Source: Octopus sinensis
Lineage: Eukaryota
Direction: 5' to 3'
Length of the DNA: 64,000 nucleotides
Assembly (NCBI RefSeq): GCF_006345805.1
Contig: NC_042998.1
Span: forward strand, 151,776,001 to 151,840,000
In this document: in pieces, positions 38,963 through 54,400 of the stretch
Layout: each line of letters opens with the position of its first letter
Numbering within the stretch: the first letter of the stretch is position 1
Program-made: the position numbers and the translations under genes
The notes under the pieces: model-generated
Database searches by the model: none
What the model saw: only the letters and a program-made list of their open reading frames with translations
What the model was told of the DNA's origin: nothing

Positions 38963-39130
38963 TACAATAACAACATCGAAAAATACCTTAGGAATGAGAA
39001 TCCAGGTTCGAAATTTCCCCTAGACACCTGATGAAGTCTGGATGGTATATCAGCCGAAAAGTTGTGTGAACAACAAACAAGATGGGGATAAATATCTGTC
39101 AAATGTAAATAATGTAAATAATGTAGAATA
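38849..39130 (+). mobile_element. tRNA-headed hammerhead SINE-like element, inverted 5'-truncated copy
   Basis: CCGAGTTCGATTCCAAGCAGTGACCTGAATGA(TAA)n AACATCGAAAAATACC...; HHR ACAC-CTGATGA-A-GTCTGG..TCAGCC-GAAA-AGTT-GTGT at 39024-39067. Confidence 0.75.
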
Positions 39131-39745
39131 AGTAATAGACTTAAGAAAATTATTGGGGTCGATTTATTCGACTAAAATCCCTACAAGGTGGTGCCCCCGC
39201 ATGACCACAGACAAATGAATGAAACAAGAATGAGGAAAGATAAAAGAAAATAACGTTAGAAGGCATGATGCTGTGGGGGGCAAAAAGTTTCCATAAACTT
39301 GTGTTAAAAGCACAATACATATCGGGAGGAGACGAGCATAGATGCAGCAGTGACTCACGCGAACGACGGAAGAGTTCCGCTATGGTTGAGGCATGTCAAT
39401 GTCATGCGTTGCATTGCCTAGCCTCAAGAAAAGTAAAAGCGTGTCTATTGTTCTTGTGAACCGCAAGGACGACTGTGTTCGTCTCGATCCGATAAATATT
39501 GTCACTTCTATTATAGCTTTGAAAAAATAACTGTTAAAATGGAACTTTCTCTTCAAAACTTGCACTAAGAATAAGCACACGGTAAAATCACTACCTGCTT
39601 TTATAGCGAGTTGATAGAAGTAGTTTCTCCCTCCTCATCCTACTTTTAGTTCATGCTATTGAAAAAAAACCCCATTATTTATTGGATGACCGAATATATA
39701 TAATGATAAATCTCAGAGCGAGTTATAAACAGTAGCGGTAACACA

Positions 39746-40024
39746 TCGTGACGCATATTTGCCATTTGAATATGGCTAACCCCTAAGGGTGGATGCTACT
39801 GTAGTTTGTAGCCCCAGGAAGATATACACTATCTGTGCCCTATCAGTATTCAACTTATGTTATCATAAGTTGAAGACGGGAAGGATGACTTCCCTTCACA
39901 AATACTGATAGGGCACAGATAGTGTGTCTATAGCCAGCTGGAGGAGATATCTTCCTGGGGCTACAAACTACATTAGCATCCACCCTTAGGGGTTAGCCAT
40001 ATTCAAATGGCAAATATGCGTCAC

Positions 40025-40026
<2 letters not shown>
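39746..40026. mobile_element. foldback/palindromic element with a branched centre, adjoining (TA)n
   Basis: TCGTGACGCATATTTGCC...GGAAGATAT mirrored by ATATCTTCC...GGCAAATATGCGTCACGA; inner arms ACACTATCTGTGCCCTATCAGTATT / AATACTGATAGGGCACAGATAGTGT. Confidence 0.8.
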
Positions 40027-40097
<71 letters not shown>

Positions 40098-40518
40098 TAT
40101 CTATGTTTGAGCATACCGCTGTAAACCATTGTATCGAGTTGTGTCCCTTTTGTTAAACATTACGAGACTGAACTTATTACTTGGAATAAAGCAATTGGGG
40201 CCTTATAATAACGGAGATTAGAACTGTTGAAGGTTGTACCAGAGCCCTAGTATGGTCGTAGTGTAATGACAGCTACCAGCGAAAGAATAAAAGATCAGGA
40301 ACATGGCTTCTCTCAAATTGTATTGCTTGGAAGGTGACGTGAATAATGACTTTCACAGAGAATTGAATTTTCTTCTTCTTCTTCTTCTTCTTCTTCTTCT
40401 TCTTCTTCTTCTTCTTCTTCTTCTTCTTCTTCTTCTTCTTCTTCTTCTTCTTCTTCTTCTTCGTCTTCTTCTTCTTCTGCTCCTTCTTCTTCTTCTTCTT
40501 CTTCTTCTTCTACTGCTG

Positions 40519-40577
<59 letters not shown>

Positions 40578-40590
40578 ACCACCACCACCG

Positions 40591-40636
<46 letters not shown>

Positions 40637-40915
40637 CACTACCACATACACACAATCAATAACTAATATAAGATTCTTTTATTAGCCATAGGGGCATAAT
40701 GCCTGAATACGCTGAAGTCAGCAGACTTAACCAAAATAACATAATTCTTGCCACAGGTTAGCAGAACTACCGAAACCATAGCCAGCACCATTACCACTAA
40801 ATACAGTAACAACAACAACAACGACCACTATAACACCAACACAGCTACCTCCATCATCACCACTAACACTATCGGTAACCCTACTACTACTACTACTAAT
40901 GATAATCATAATAAT

Positions 40916-40962
<47 letters not shown>

Positions 40963-40988
40963 AAGTAAAAATAAAAATAAAAAATAAA

Positions 40989-41035
<47 letters not shown>

Positions 41036-41040
41036 TAATA

Positions 41041-41089
<49 letters not shown>

Positions 41090-41090
41090 C

Positions 41091-41142
<52 letters not shown>

Positions 41143-41549
41143 GTGATGATAATAGTAAAGACTGAACTGGCTGATTGGTGTTGGTTGAATTATTAGATGA
41201 GCAGAGGTGAAAGGTTATCCCAATCATATTTCAAATCATTAAATGTCAATTTTGGGTGATTAAAGCCGAAGCTGTTTGAACCCAGAGGTCATGTGACGTT
41301 GTATTTTAAGCCTTTTAATATTAACCGGTAAAAATCTAATGAATATACATCCGCTGAAGCCGTATTTATACAAGTGTATGTATGGGATAATTTCTGTATA
41401 TACATCTGCATACACACATATATACATACATCCATACATACATACATATATACAAAGATATATATGTATATATATAAATATATGTATACATATCTATAAA
41501 TATATAAATATGGACATATATATATACACACACACATGTATATATACAT

Positions 41550-41608
<59 letters not shown>

Positions 41609-42061
41609 GACATACACAGACCTAAATGTTTATATATTGTATACGTCCATATAAGCATATATACATATATGTAAACATGAAGAAATACATACATACATAT
41701 ATGCACACACACAAACACACACACACACATACATGTGTGTGATTGTGTATGAACACAACCTAATCTCCTACTCTTCCTTTTATAAGTATGCATACATATA
41801 TATGTGGGGGGGGGGCACACTCACCCGCACATACACACACACACGCATACACACACAGAAAGTCAGGCGGGGATATTTTCATGCGCTTCTGACTGTGTAT
41901 GAAACAAACATATATATTTGTGCATATAGATTAGTGTGTTGCATATATTCATGCATATATAGAAACACAGATACAAACACCTAGATGCATGCATACACAC
42001 GTACACATTTAGATATATACGTGCACAAATGTGTATTACTCTGTGCGTGAACGTATGTATG

Positions 42062-42128
<67 letters not shown>

Positions 42129-42130
42129 AT

Positions 42131-42162
<32 letters not shown>

Positions 42163-42168
42163 ATAGAC

Positions 42169-42238
<70 letters not shown>

Positions 42239-42279
42239 ATAGATAAGTTTCTTTATTGGCCACACAGGGCTGCACACAG

Positions 42280-42384
<105 letters not shown>

Positions 42385-42781
42385 TAGATATATGCTAATT
42401 TTATTTGCTTATATTAATAAGAATGAAAATTGCAAAGTAAGAATCAGCAGGATATCATAATTCATAGCTCTATGTTTTGCGTTCAAGTCGCTTTAGGGGA
42501 TTGACGTTGTCTCCCTGTGGTTCTACTACAAATTCGTGTTTCAAATATAGGCTCCTGGCATGTGATCTTGTTGCAACTTCACAAATCATTTCGATCGTTG
42601 TGTGGGAAAGTCACTAAAACTAGAAGCTGATCTGCGATAGTAATATAGTTCAGTTGATAAAAGTTGAAGTATTAAATTTCTATCTCTACTTTAAATTAAT
42701 TTTTCCTCGAAATCTCAGTGCCAAAAGTATTTTACAAGATGACTAATTCAAGACATTGCCTGATGTATGAGCGTTTGTGTG

Positions 42782-42883
<102 letters not shown>

Positions 42884-42891
42884 TGTATCTA

Positions 42892-42947
<56 letters not shown>

Positions 42948-42957
42948 TAATAATAAT

Positions 42958-43500
42958 AGAGTCTTAGCGCCTGTAGAATATAAAACAAGACATGACAGAG
43001 TCGACCAGTATTTACACAGGACAATATGTCGGCATTATAAAATCAAAACCGCTGACAAATGGTATAAACACCATCCGGAAACTGTGACCGAGGGAGAAAA
43101 TGTGTCGAATCTATGGGACTTCCCCGTACATACCGACAAAACTATAAAAGCTAATAAACCACATATTATTGTAAAAGATCAGACAAAAAAGGTCTGTTTA
43201 TTAATTGACATGAGTATTCCTTGCGATCACAACATAGCGGCGAAAGAATTAGACAAGATCAGTAAATATAAAGACTTGCTAATAGAAATTGAAAAAAATA
43301 TGGCATTTCAAGGTGACTACACTACCAGTGATTGTAGAATCTCTAGGAATGATGAAAATATGGACTGAAATCTATTTGAAAATGATACCAGGCTTACCAT
43401 CCCTACAGGAAGTGCAAAAAATCGTGTTAACTGGAACGACTCATGTACTGAGAAGAGCATTATCGCTGTGAAAACAACATCCATAAGTTTATTTATTTAT
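42958..43500 (+). mobile_element. R4/Dong 3' endonuclease fragment, fifth family, starting in (AAT)n
   Basis: [50 protein letters not shown]. Confidence 0.85.
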
Positions 43501-43632
43501 TAAATTTTTATATACATATTTTACCTGTGAATTTGCGTGTGTAATCTGGGAATGCATACAATGAGCTTCTCTGCCCTAGGTGTACGGAAAAAACTCGGCG
43601 AGAAATGGAAGAAAATTTGAACAAAGAAGGAA

Positions 43633-43762
<130 letters not shown>

Positions 43763-43861
43763 TGTAAAACAACAAAAGAATGAGACCTCGATATTTGTAG
43801 AAATAGAGGAATATTTTATATGTTATAAATTAGAGCAAACAGTAAACGGCTGTCATTATAG

Positions 43862-43915
43862 CACTCACAGTTTCGAATGTCGAAGCGAAGAGCTACGATA
43901 CATTCTCGTCTGCAA
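43862..43915 (-). ncRNA. decayed hammerhead-like motif
   Basis: CAGACGA (core mutated)-GAATGT...ACATTC 6-bp stem II-GAAAC; stem I and cleavage triplet not preserved. Confidence 0.35.
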
Positions 43916-44309
43916 CAGAGGCTACAAGAAACCTTTAAATATAAGGGAAGTAACTCTAATAGATGGGAATAGAAAAGAGATAAGACATGATAAAAATGTA
44001 TTTTAAAAAATTATAAAAATATACTCACAATCATATTCTCACAAAAAATAACATACGTAGACATAAACCACTTGCGTTCACAACGTCTACACACGTACAC
44101 ACGCACACAAACATGTATACGTACATGCACACACACAAACATATATGCATGTACGTACTCATAGATATACACATACCCGCACACATGTATATATATATGT
44201 ACGCAACCTTATCCTCATATACACATAGGTGCTTACATGCATACACATAACTTAATACATATGTATATTCTTTTACAAACACACACATATATATAATTAT
44301 ATACATATA

Positions 44310-44445
44310 TACAACAGGCTTCTTTCAGTTTCCGTCTACAAAATCCACTCACAAGGCATTGGTCGGCCCGGGGCTATAGCAGAAGACACTTGCCCAAGAA
44401 GCCACGCAGTGGGACTGAACCCGGAACCATGTGGTTGTGTGCTGT
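44310..44445 (-). mobile_element. SINE family 1 head, 5'-truncated
   Basis: CCACATGGTTCCGGGTTCAGTCCCACTGCGTGGC...GGAAACTGAAAGAAGCC. Confidence 0.85.
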
Positions 44446-44449
44446 GTGT

Positions 44450-45270
44450 ATGAGATGTATGTGTGGGTTCATTTGTGTGTGTGTGTATGTATGTGCGTAC
44501 GTGTCGTATGTGCGCGTAGTTGTGTGTGCGTGTGTATATGTGTGTGTAAGCGTATGTGGGTGTATATACGTGTATCCGTGGTGTTGTGAGTGTTGGGTGT
44601 GTGCATTATTGTGCGTGTGTGCGTGCGTATGTGTGTGCATGTTTTTTGTGCGTGTATGTGTGTGTCTGTGTCTATATGTGTATACGTATGTGTATGTGTG
44701 AGTGCGCGTGTATGTATATGTATAGATGTGTATGAGAATTTGTGTATGCGTGTATGTGGGGGGGTTTGGGAGTTGTGTAGGCGTAATATGCGTGTGTGCT
44801 TACGTGCGTGTATGTGCGTGTATCTGTGCCCATGTATGTATAATTGTGTGCGTATCTGTATGAGTATTGTTTGTTGGAGGTATATGTGGGAATCTGTGCT
44901 GGTGTGTGTGTGTATGTACGTGTGTATATGTGTGCGTGCGTGCATTATGTGCGTGTATTATGTGCGTATGTATGTGCGTGTATGTGTATGTGCGTGTGTG
45001 CATGTGTGTATGTGCGTGCGTGTGTATATGTGTGTGTGAGAACGTGGAGACGTGTGTCAGGTTGTGTGCTTGAGTATGTGAACGTGGAGATGTGTGTCAG
45101 GTTGTGTTCATTTTATTGTGTGTACGCGCGTGTGCTTGAGTATGTGCATGTATGTAGTTGTGTGTACGTTCATGTGAGTGTGTCTAAAGGTGTGTGTGTC
45201 TGTGTTCGTGGGTACGTGAGTATGTGTGTGTATGTGTTCGTGTATAAAAACAATAATTTATAAAAACAAT
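44450..45270 (-). repeat. CA-rich interspersed module homologous to 57525-58375
   Basis: Shared unique anchors such as ATTCCCACATATAC.TCCAACAAACAATACTCATACAGATACGCAC and CAACCTGACACACGTCTCCACGTT. Confidence 0.8.
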
Positions 45271-45639
45271 AAAATTGCACTCACGCATACACACACACGC
45301 ATACACACACATTCACCCACACATATAGAAGCATATGCCTATCCATATAAGTGCACATGAAAATTTCACATATGCACCAGACACAGTCTTACACTCATAT
45401 GCGTACATATACATACACATATACATACACAAATACATATAATATATATACATACACACACACATATGAAAATGAAAAAAAGGGAAAATATATAGAAAAA
45501 ACAAAAATAAAAAATAAAATAAAAATTAATAGGAGTTAAATCATATGGGTAAGTTTGTGCAGGACATAGTAGAAACGTGGATTCTAGCCGTGATCTTGGG
45601 TGGCCCAAAACCGTAACAGTTATTTTGTGAGATATGGAC

Positions 45640-46015
45640 ATGTCACAAAGAGTTCATTTCTTGAATTTAAACATGCAGCTGTGTCTAAGGAACTTTCCTA
45701 GAGGAGCCAACTTTTCATATTACAAAGACCGTACTTGCCACTACCGTTAGTGTGAGGTTTACACTTGGATAAGATCTCCCTGTAGATACTGTAGTTGATA
45801 CCTTGTTCGTTTAAGAACCATATATAACTGGATAATTTGGTAGTCATTCGTTTGTTTCAGTGTCTGAAGCTTAAGGTATGACTATTAAATCTTGCATTGA
45901 AATTTACCTCTGTGAGACCCACATATCTCTTCGATGAAACAGTATTATTAGCGTTGGTGAAATTCACTGTAGCTTCCTAAATAATGTCTCTGTCATACAG
46001 CCTCCATTTAGTGAG
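45640..46015 (-). pseudogene. PLE GIY-YIG endonuclease fragment (Penelope/Poseidon-type)
   Basis: DII*EATV..KRYVGLTE..FNARFNSHTLSFRH*..TTKLSSYIWFL..YSIYREILSKCKPHTNGSGKYGLCN..LNSRNELFVTC; not in the ORF track because of stops. Confidence 0.75.
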
Positions 46016-46163
46016 CATAGGTCATATAGAAAATACAAAATATACAAAATATTTTGTATAATTCATCTAAAAAGGTATTTTAACGTACTGACTACTTGGT
46101 AAAATTATTAATAAATAAATTAATTAATTTTACACTATATTATTATATATACATATAGATATA

Positions 46164-47333
46164 CAAGGGGCGTTCAATAAGTAATGCCCCTGACCCACTT
46201 CCCATAGCAGTAGAGCAACGAAACTTGGCACAGTTATTAGTCTTTTCTACATATGAATCACCCAAATTTACGCATTTCTTCCATCATTTGATGCAGCTCT
46301 GGAGACCGTTTTTGTAGAAAACCCCAGCTTGGTCCTCCAACCACGACGTGACTTCAGAAATCAAGGCTGCATCATCTGGGAAACGCTTTCCTTTCAAAAA
46401 CGACTTCATGGCTGGGAGGAGGTGAAAATCAGAGGGTGCAAGGTCAGGAGAGTAGGGGGATGGGGGAGGAGTTCATCGCCGCACGCCTGTGCTTCTGATT
46501 TGGCGACACGCGAGTTGTGGACGGGAGCGTTGTCCTGCAGGAGGAGGATGCCTTTGCTGATCTTGCCCCGCCTCTTGATTTTGATAACTTCTCTTAATTT
46601 CCTCAAAAGTGAAGCATAATAGGCTCCTGTAAGTGTGGTACCCTTTACCAGGAAATCTGTCATCATTACTCCGTCCTGGTCCCAGAAGACTGTGAGCATG
46701 ACCTTGCCAGCGGAGGGCTGCACCCTTGCCTTCTTTGGAGAAGGTGAGTCACGGTGCTTCCACTGCATTGACTGGGCTTTGGTCTCTGGATCATAGTGAT
46801 GGACCCAGGTTTCATCCTGTGTAATCAGTCATTTGAAAAATTTTGACTCATCTTCTGGAACATCTCCAAATTCATCCTCGAGTACTCGACGCGTTCTTGC
46901 TTCTGGAAAGGTGTGAGCAACCTGGGAATCCATCTGGCAGACACGTTTTGCATATGCAAATGGTCATGAATGGGGGGGCGACCAGATCTGTGAGCCGTTT
47001 CCACAGAGTTCCGACCATGTTTGAATTCACGTTGCCAGCGTTTTACAAGGTCATATGATGGGACATCATCACCATAAGTTACTTTCATTTCATCAAAAGT
47101 CTCCCGTGGTGTGCGTCCTATCAAATACAAAAACCGGATCACTGCTTGACACTCAACAGGCTCCATTTCACACTTGACTCAGTTCAAACACCTGTAAATC
47201 AGAAACCACAATTAGTTCAGAGCTGTAATTTGCCATTTAATCTATAGAGATATAAATAATTGCACATGCAAAATTTCAGCTAGATCAAACAACTGCAAGT
47301 GGGTCAGGGACATTACTTATTGAACGCCCCTCG
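46164..47333 (-). mobile_element. mariner element (WVPR/YSPDLAP type), decayed transposase, TA target duplication
   Basis: TIRs C(A/G)AGGGGCGTTCAATAAGTAATG..CCTGACCCACTT at both ends with TA flanks; SARWIPRLLT, AGKVMLTVFWD, LLQDNAPVH, HPP motifs. Confidence 0.92.
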
Positions 47334-47560
47334 TAGATACACATACATATACATATGGATACATACATAGATCCAGACATCTATACACAGACAGAGACTG
47401 ACACTCACACACTCACATATATACACATATAACTATCTACATACACATATATGCATATACACACACATACATACATACGCACACATACACACACACGCAC
47501 GTACACAAACACCCACACACAGGTATACTCATATGTATGTATATGTGTAGACTCACACAG

Positions 47561-47642
<82 letters not shown>

Positions 47643-47739
47643 TAATCAATTTAGGGTAGCAAAAAATTCAATAGAAATTTATCGCTACCAGCTGCTCTTT
47701 CTAGTGGACGAATGGCCTATTAAGGCCATTCCTAAATTG

Positions 47740-47785
<46 letters not shown>

Positions 47786-48183
47786 TACGTACACACCTAC
47801 ACATATACATATGCCAGTGTTTGCGTTTTTATTTATGTTTCTCGACTTCTCCGTCCATCTATCAAGTCTGATAGTATTTATTGGTACATTTTACTCATAC
47901 ATATCTGCATTGTAAAGCTAGATGTTTAAATACATGTTATTCGCACACGATTCCTCTTTAGTATAAGTTCCATGGTTACAGTTCATTAGGCTTTAACTCA
48001 GGTGTATTAATCAGTCAGGTGTGGTTTAGATTGTAGTATGTGGACGTGTGTTTAGCTGCATACGTGCGGAGTTCCTGAAGGTGTACCTCGATGACAACAG
48101 TTAGCCTAATCTGTGTCGGTGCTTTACTCAACATTTAAACACACTAATCGACTTATACTTATTTGTCCAAATTTTTTATATAT

Positions 48184-49297
<1,114 letters not shown>

Positions 49298-49549
49298 TGC
49301 ATATACACACACTTTCACACTTTCACACAGCTAAACACACATACTTCAAACTGTCAGTCAAACACCTTTCTACTGACCATTCCTCTACACACAACTAAAC
49401 AAAGGACCATGCTGCTGAATTCTTCCTCCAACAGTAAGAGATACAAAGTTCAAACATACACATAAACATCCAACATCACATATACAATACATACACGCAT
49501 ATACACGCATACAGAGACTTGCGTGCACGCGCATACCCACATACACACA

Positions 49550-49838
49550 CATACTTCCTTCTCTTACACTCTCCTTTCTTAGAAAGAACTTTTTTTCATC
49601 CATTCCCTTCCGGTCATTTCAAAATGTAACCACATGTGAATCGTTGGCGATTTTTTTTTACCTCCGTCTTCCTTTTCTATTGGACTTTCCTCTGTCTCCT
49701 GTTTCTGAAGAAGAGTTTTGCTCGAAACGTAAAACCACCTTTCTTCGTTTCCCTGAGCGTCTGCTAATATTTTGCATGTACCACGTCCTCGCGTTGTTGT
49801 TTTTTGTCTTTGTCATTGGTGTTTTTAGATTTACTATA
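49550..49838 (+). mobile_element. PLE terminal repeat with hammerhead, ending in (TA)n
   Basis: Collinear with 58378-58660. Confidence 0.75.
49701..49735 (+). ncRNA. minimal type-I hammerhead, intact
   Basis: GUUU-CUGAAGA-A-GAGU(UUU)GCUC-GAAA-CGUA|AAAC. Confidence 0.8.
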
Positions 49839-49964
49839 TATATATATATATAGTAAATCTATTTTTGGAAGTTATCGCCAAATTTCAGCCTGGCGTGTTC
49901 GTATATTTGGACTTCCAAGATTTCCATGACAAGGTTAGCAAAAGTAGGGGCTACTCTCGTTGCT

Positions 49965-50105
49965 GTTAGACACGCAAACTCAGTAACTTCATTGGCATCC
50001 TCCTAAAATCTATTCTTCAACATATACCGAGCTTCATAAGAGATAACCTGGACTTTTTAAACCATCTCCTGAGCAAAATCAGCATGGACTCTCTTTTATA
50101 TGTAT
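49965..50105 (+). pseudogene. PLE reverse transcriptase fragment
   Basis: SNFIGILLKSILQHIPSFIRDNLDFLNHL resembles the PLE RT segment S.F.D..L.P....I.S.I.D..DFL..L preceding motif A. Confidence 0.55.
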
Positions 50106-50268
50106 ACGTGCGAGCATGAAGACATGTATCTTTGTGGTTAGTATGTGAAGCTCATGATTATCAGGTTGAATCATCCATATGCAATCAAAACATCTCACAC
50201 CAACCCTACACTGACTCCATGTACAGAGACCTCGGATACATCCTTCAATGGGGTTGTATCAATATCTG

Positions 50269-50323
<55 letters not shown>

Positions 50324-50886
50324 ATGTATGTCTGCATGTTTATGTGTGTGTCAACGAACACAAGGAAAACTTAATATATATATAAAAATTAATAACAAAG
50401 CCGAAATTTTCATCGTTGTTGTAGGTTATGCTATCTATACTGGCCGAAGTCTGGCTTTCATTTTCCTCTGGAGAGTGTTTTGAGATGTATAATTTCAGAA
50501 ACTTTACTCCCATCATATGAATCCATTGCCAGTGTATATGAGTGTGTACATGTTAAAAGTGTGAGTGTATAAATGAATGGACAAGTGTATGCCTACGATT
50601 GTCCAGACGAACGAGTTAACCAAATAAATAGTTATATTTCAAAAGATATGTTAGTTTTATTTGAAAAATCAAACCTAATATTACGTCAAATAAATATTAA
50701 AGCGACAAATAAAATTAAATGGAAATTATAATGCATGATTTATATTTATGCTAAAACTATATCCAATATCTATATGTATATATATATGTATATCCATGAA
50801 ACTATATATCCATATAACCAATATATATATCATATATTCATAAAACTATATATCTATATAATCAATATATATATATCCATAAAAGC

Positions 50887-50976
<90 letters not shown>

Positions 50977-52864
50977 ACCAATGTGCTTAATATATCCAAA
51001 CAGTCGATGTGCAATAACTGTGACTGGTCAATACCATCGATGATAATCTTGCATCGTACAACTGACACAAAATTTTACATTTAACCAATAAACCTACGCT
51101 ATGCAAACGTCAAACATCGGACACAATATTCCATACATCTTGACCATTTCTTGTCGACAGTAAATTATGTCTATACTCACAGACAGATTCCATTTCTATC
51201 TTCATACTCTACGTTAAATTTCTGAACAAGTTGTTAACCTCTCCCTTTCCCCACCCAGTTCGCTCTCTTCCTTGACATTAAGTCTACTTTGTAAACCAAA
51301 TATTCATTATTTTTTTACATAATTACAAAGTGAGAATTTGATCTTGTGAGCTTGCCTTTCTGTAGGTTGAAGTAGAATGAGCCTCCAGGAAATGACTTGG
51401 TATATTAATATTGTACAGTGCATGAAAAACGATCAGTAAAGATGGTGTAAACATAATATAATGAACCAACATATATTAATTTAGTGAATCTACACCCGTG
51501 TTAATGGGGGAAAGTAATTTATTTTAATTTTGACCAAAAACATAACGGAAGACAATCTCAGGGTTTAAATGAAAACATTAAAATGCAGTGAGGAGTAAAT
51601 CAGAGCTTTGGTATTGAAATTTAATGGCATATTAAATAGTTTAATGTTCACTACATTAAACTTTCTTGGTCCATTAAATACTTTGACGTCCACTTCACAG
51701 TTGCGATACTTATAATGGGTAATTTGCAGTTCTGAATCTAATTATTGATTTAACTGAATGAAGTGACATAATCAGAACGAGAAATCGAAAACGCATTTTG
51801 GACTCAGCTGTTCGAGAACTTGGAAATTTACTTGAAACAGATGTTGACCAGAAAAATTAATGAAACAATCTGTTTGTCACAGCAAAATACATTTGGAGGT
51901 TGAAGGAATGCTATTGCGAAAATGGTTAAAAAAAATATTGATATAAATAGAAGCTGAGTTGTGTAGTCAGTTCACAAGGCGCTCATCCCTTCCTCTTGAC
52001 GCTCATCAAACGAAATGAGTTATTGGCATATCCAAATTTTCGAGAGTTCATCGGTTATATATCAGCCTATATCGAGTGTCATATTTTCTTTTTCAAAAAT
52101 TCTCAAAGGCTCATTCTGTACTTCTTCCTTTTAATTAGAATTATTCTAAAGCTTCTCTATTCAACCATTATTTACTATTTACTAACTGATTTATGAGTGA
52201 AAACTCCTTGTATAAACGTAAAATTGTTTTTAAATAGGTACTTCACCTAATATTGAGGCAATCAGAAAGTAAGCCATATAGCAGCTTAAATGATCATATT
52301 TTGGACATGTTATTGCTGAAATTTCCTAATAAGAAGCCATTAAAAAATTAGTAAGCTTGGGTCTGATCTGTTAATGTAGAAGCAGATTATCAGAGCCGAA
52401 TTAGAATAAAACTTCATAAAATTCTTATAGCAATCGAAGAGTTATAAAGATGTATATAAAGTGGTAAAACTCTCTAGAAGATCAACATAATTTTGTTGAA
52501 GATTTAGACGTTGGCAAATATACGAAATGATTATCCCTGGCCAACCCATTTTATTCCCTTTTGTAGCATCACAACTGATTTATTATTGTAGATGTCGCTC
52601 TACTAAAACATGTATGACAACTTGTAAAATGTCTTTAGATAATCTCTGTGTGATCCAGCACCGAAGGGTCAAATATAAGGGTCAATTATCGCAAATGAAA
52701 ATCTTCACTATATGTAATCCAAACTATGCTTCTTTGCTGATGTGGTTCAGTATGGCTGGCCTATATCCAGAGCTGTATTTCCACTACTAAACATCAGACT
52801 CACACCCCGTTGCATTAATCATTTTCAATTAAAATTCTGGAGGCGTTCCCTCTCGGTATTTATT

Positions 52865-53109
52865 CTTTTATCCTTTTACTTGTTTTAGTCATTTGACTGC
52901 ATCCATGCTGGAGCACAGTCTTGAAGTCTTGACCCCACGACTTATTTTTTAAACCTAGTACTTATTCTATCAGTTTCTTTTGCTGAACTGTTAAGTTACG
53001 GGGATGTAAACACACCAACATTGGTGGTCAAGAGGTGATGGGGGAACAACACACATACACACAGATATATACATACATGCATGCATGCACGCACACACAC
53101 ACACACACA

Positions 53110-53179
<70 letters not shown>

Positions 53180-53310
53180 CGACGAGCTTCTTTCAGTTTC
53201 TCTCATCCCGAGGCTGTAGTAGAAGACACTTGCTCAGAATGCCACGCAGTGGGACTGAACCTGGAACCATGAAGTTAGGAAGCAAGCCACTTACCACACA
53301 GCCACACCTG
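52865..53310 (-). mobile_element. SINE family 1, complete (head, CA/TA microsatellite, 3' half, tail)
   Basis: Head GTGTGGCTGTGTGGTAAG; tail GTGCTCCAGCATGGATGCAGTCAAATGACTAAAACAAGTAAAAGG. Confidence 0.85.
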
Positions 53311-53959
53311 TAACTAATTAATTTCTTTTTGCCTTACTACATCACTTTACTACTGAGTTTTCCTGCAGTAGGTAACCCTGGGTGTTTTCCCGCTCATTCT
53401 TTTAGTTTATAGTGGGTAACGTTATAACTAGAAGAGAAGGAGGAGAAGAAAACCGAGAGGAGGTGGAAGGGGAGGAAGAGATAATATAATGGAACTAGGG
53501 CAAAGAAAACTCAATGATTGGTCAAGGGTTTTACTAATCTCTCAACAGAACTTATCAGTAAGCAAATTCCAAAATGATTTAGGTTTATTTTACGGGAGTT
53601 GGCAGTCTGCAAGGAAAAATATTTTCTTCAAAAATACAGACGTGACTAATATAGAAAGATAACTAGGGCAGGACTCTGATACAAGAATATTTTTAATGTC
53701 GTGGTGTTTCATTATGGGGGGGGGACTGTTTATGCGCTACATAACTTACCCACGTACCTACCAGAAGCTATAGAACAATATAGGCAGCGAGCTGGCAGAA
53801 TTGTTAAGCACAGCGGGCAAAATGATTAGCGGCATTTCGTCCGTCTTTTTGTTCTGAGTTCATATTTCTCTGAGGTCCACTTTGCCTTTCATTCCTTTGG
53901 GGTCGATAAAATAAAAATTGTTCTAGATAGAATAAGGTGGGTGGTCATGGTTTGAGTGC

Positions 53960-54400
53960 ATTTGGCCATAACTTTACACGAACACAAATGCCTCTCGGGT
54001 AGCATTTCAGGTGTTGTGCCAAGTCTACTAATTACTGCAGGAATAATTGTTGTCTCGGTTTTCCAGTCTCGTCAGCTCTTGTGCTTAATCTTCATATTTC
54101 CCAATTTTTTCAATTACTTTGGTATCGTCTCAGTTATGATAGAGAAATGCAAAATTTATGATCTTACACTGTTTGTTTATTTTGTCATCTATAATCATAT
54201 CTGTCCTTCTTGCTTCAATAGCATGGTTAGTCTATAGGGAAGTGCCGTAAGCTCTTGTAATTCTCGTTTTCTAACACAACCTCTGGTTCGTGTTCATACC
54301 ACTTTACTATTGCTTTGAATTCACACACTTGGCTAACATCTCAATGCAATCCTGTACGTACACAGTCATCCTACATTTATACTCTTTTTGTGCTAGTTAA
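53960..54400 (-). mobile_element. old R4/Dong endonuclease fragment
   Basis: LAQKEYK, KWYEHEPEVVLENENYK, IEARRTDMII, KIGKYED; many stops. Confidence 0.65.
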
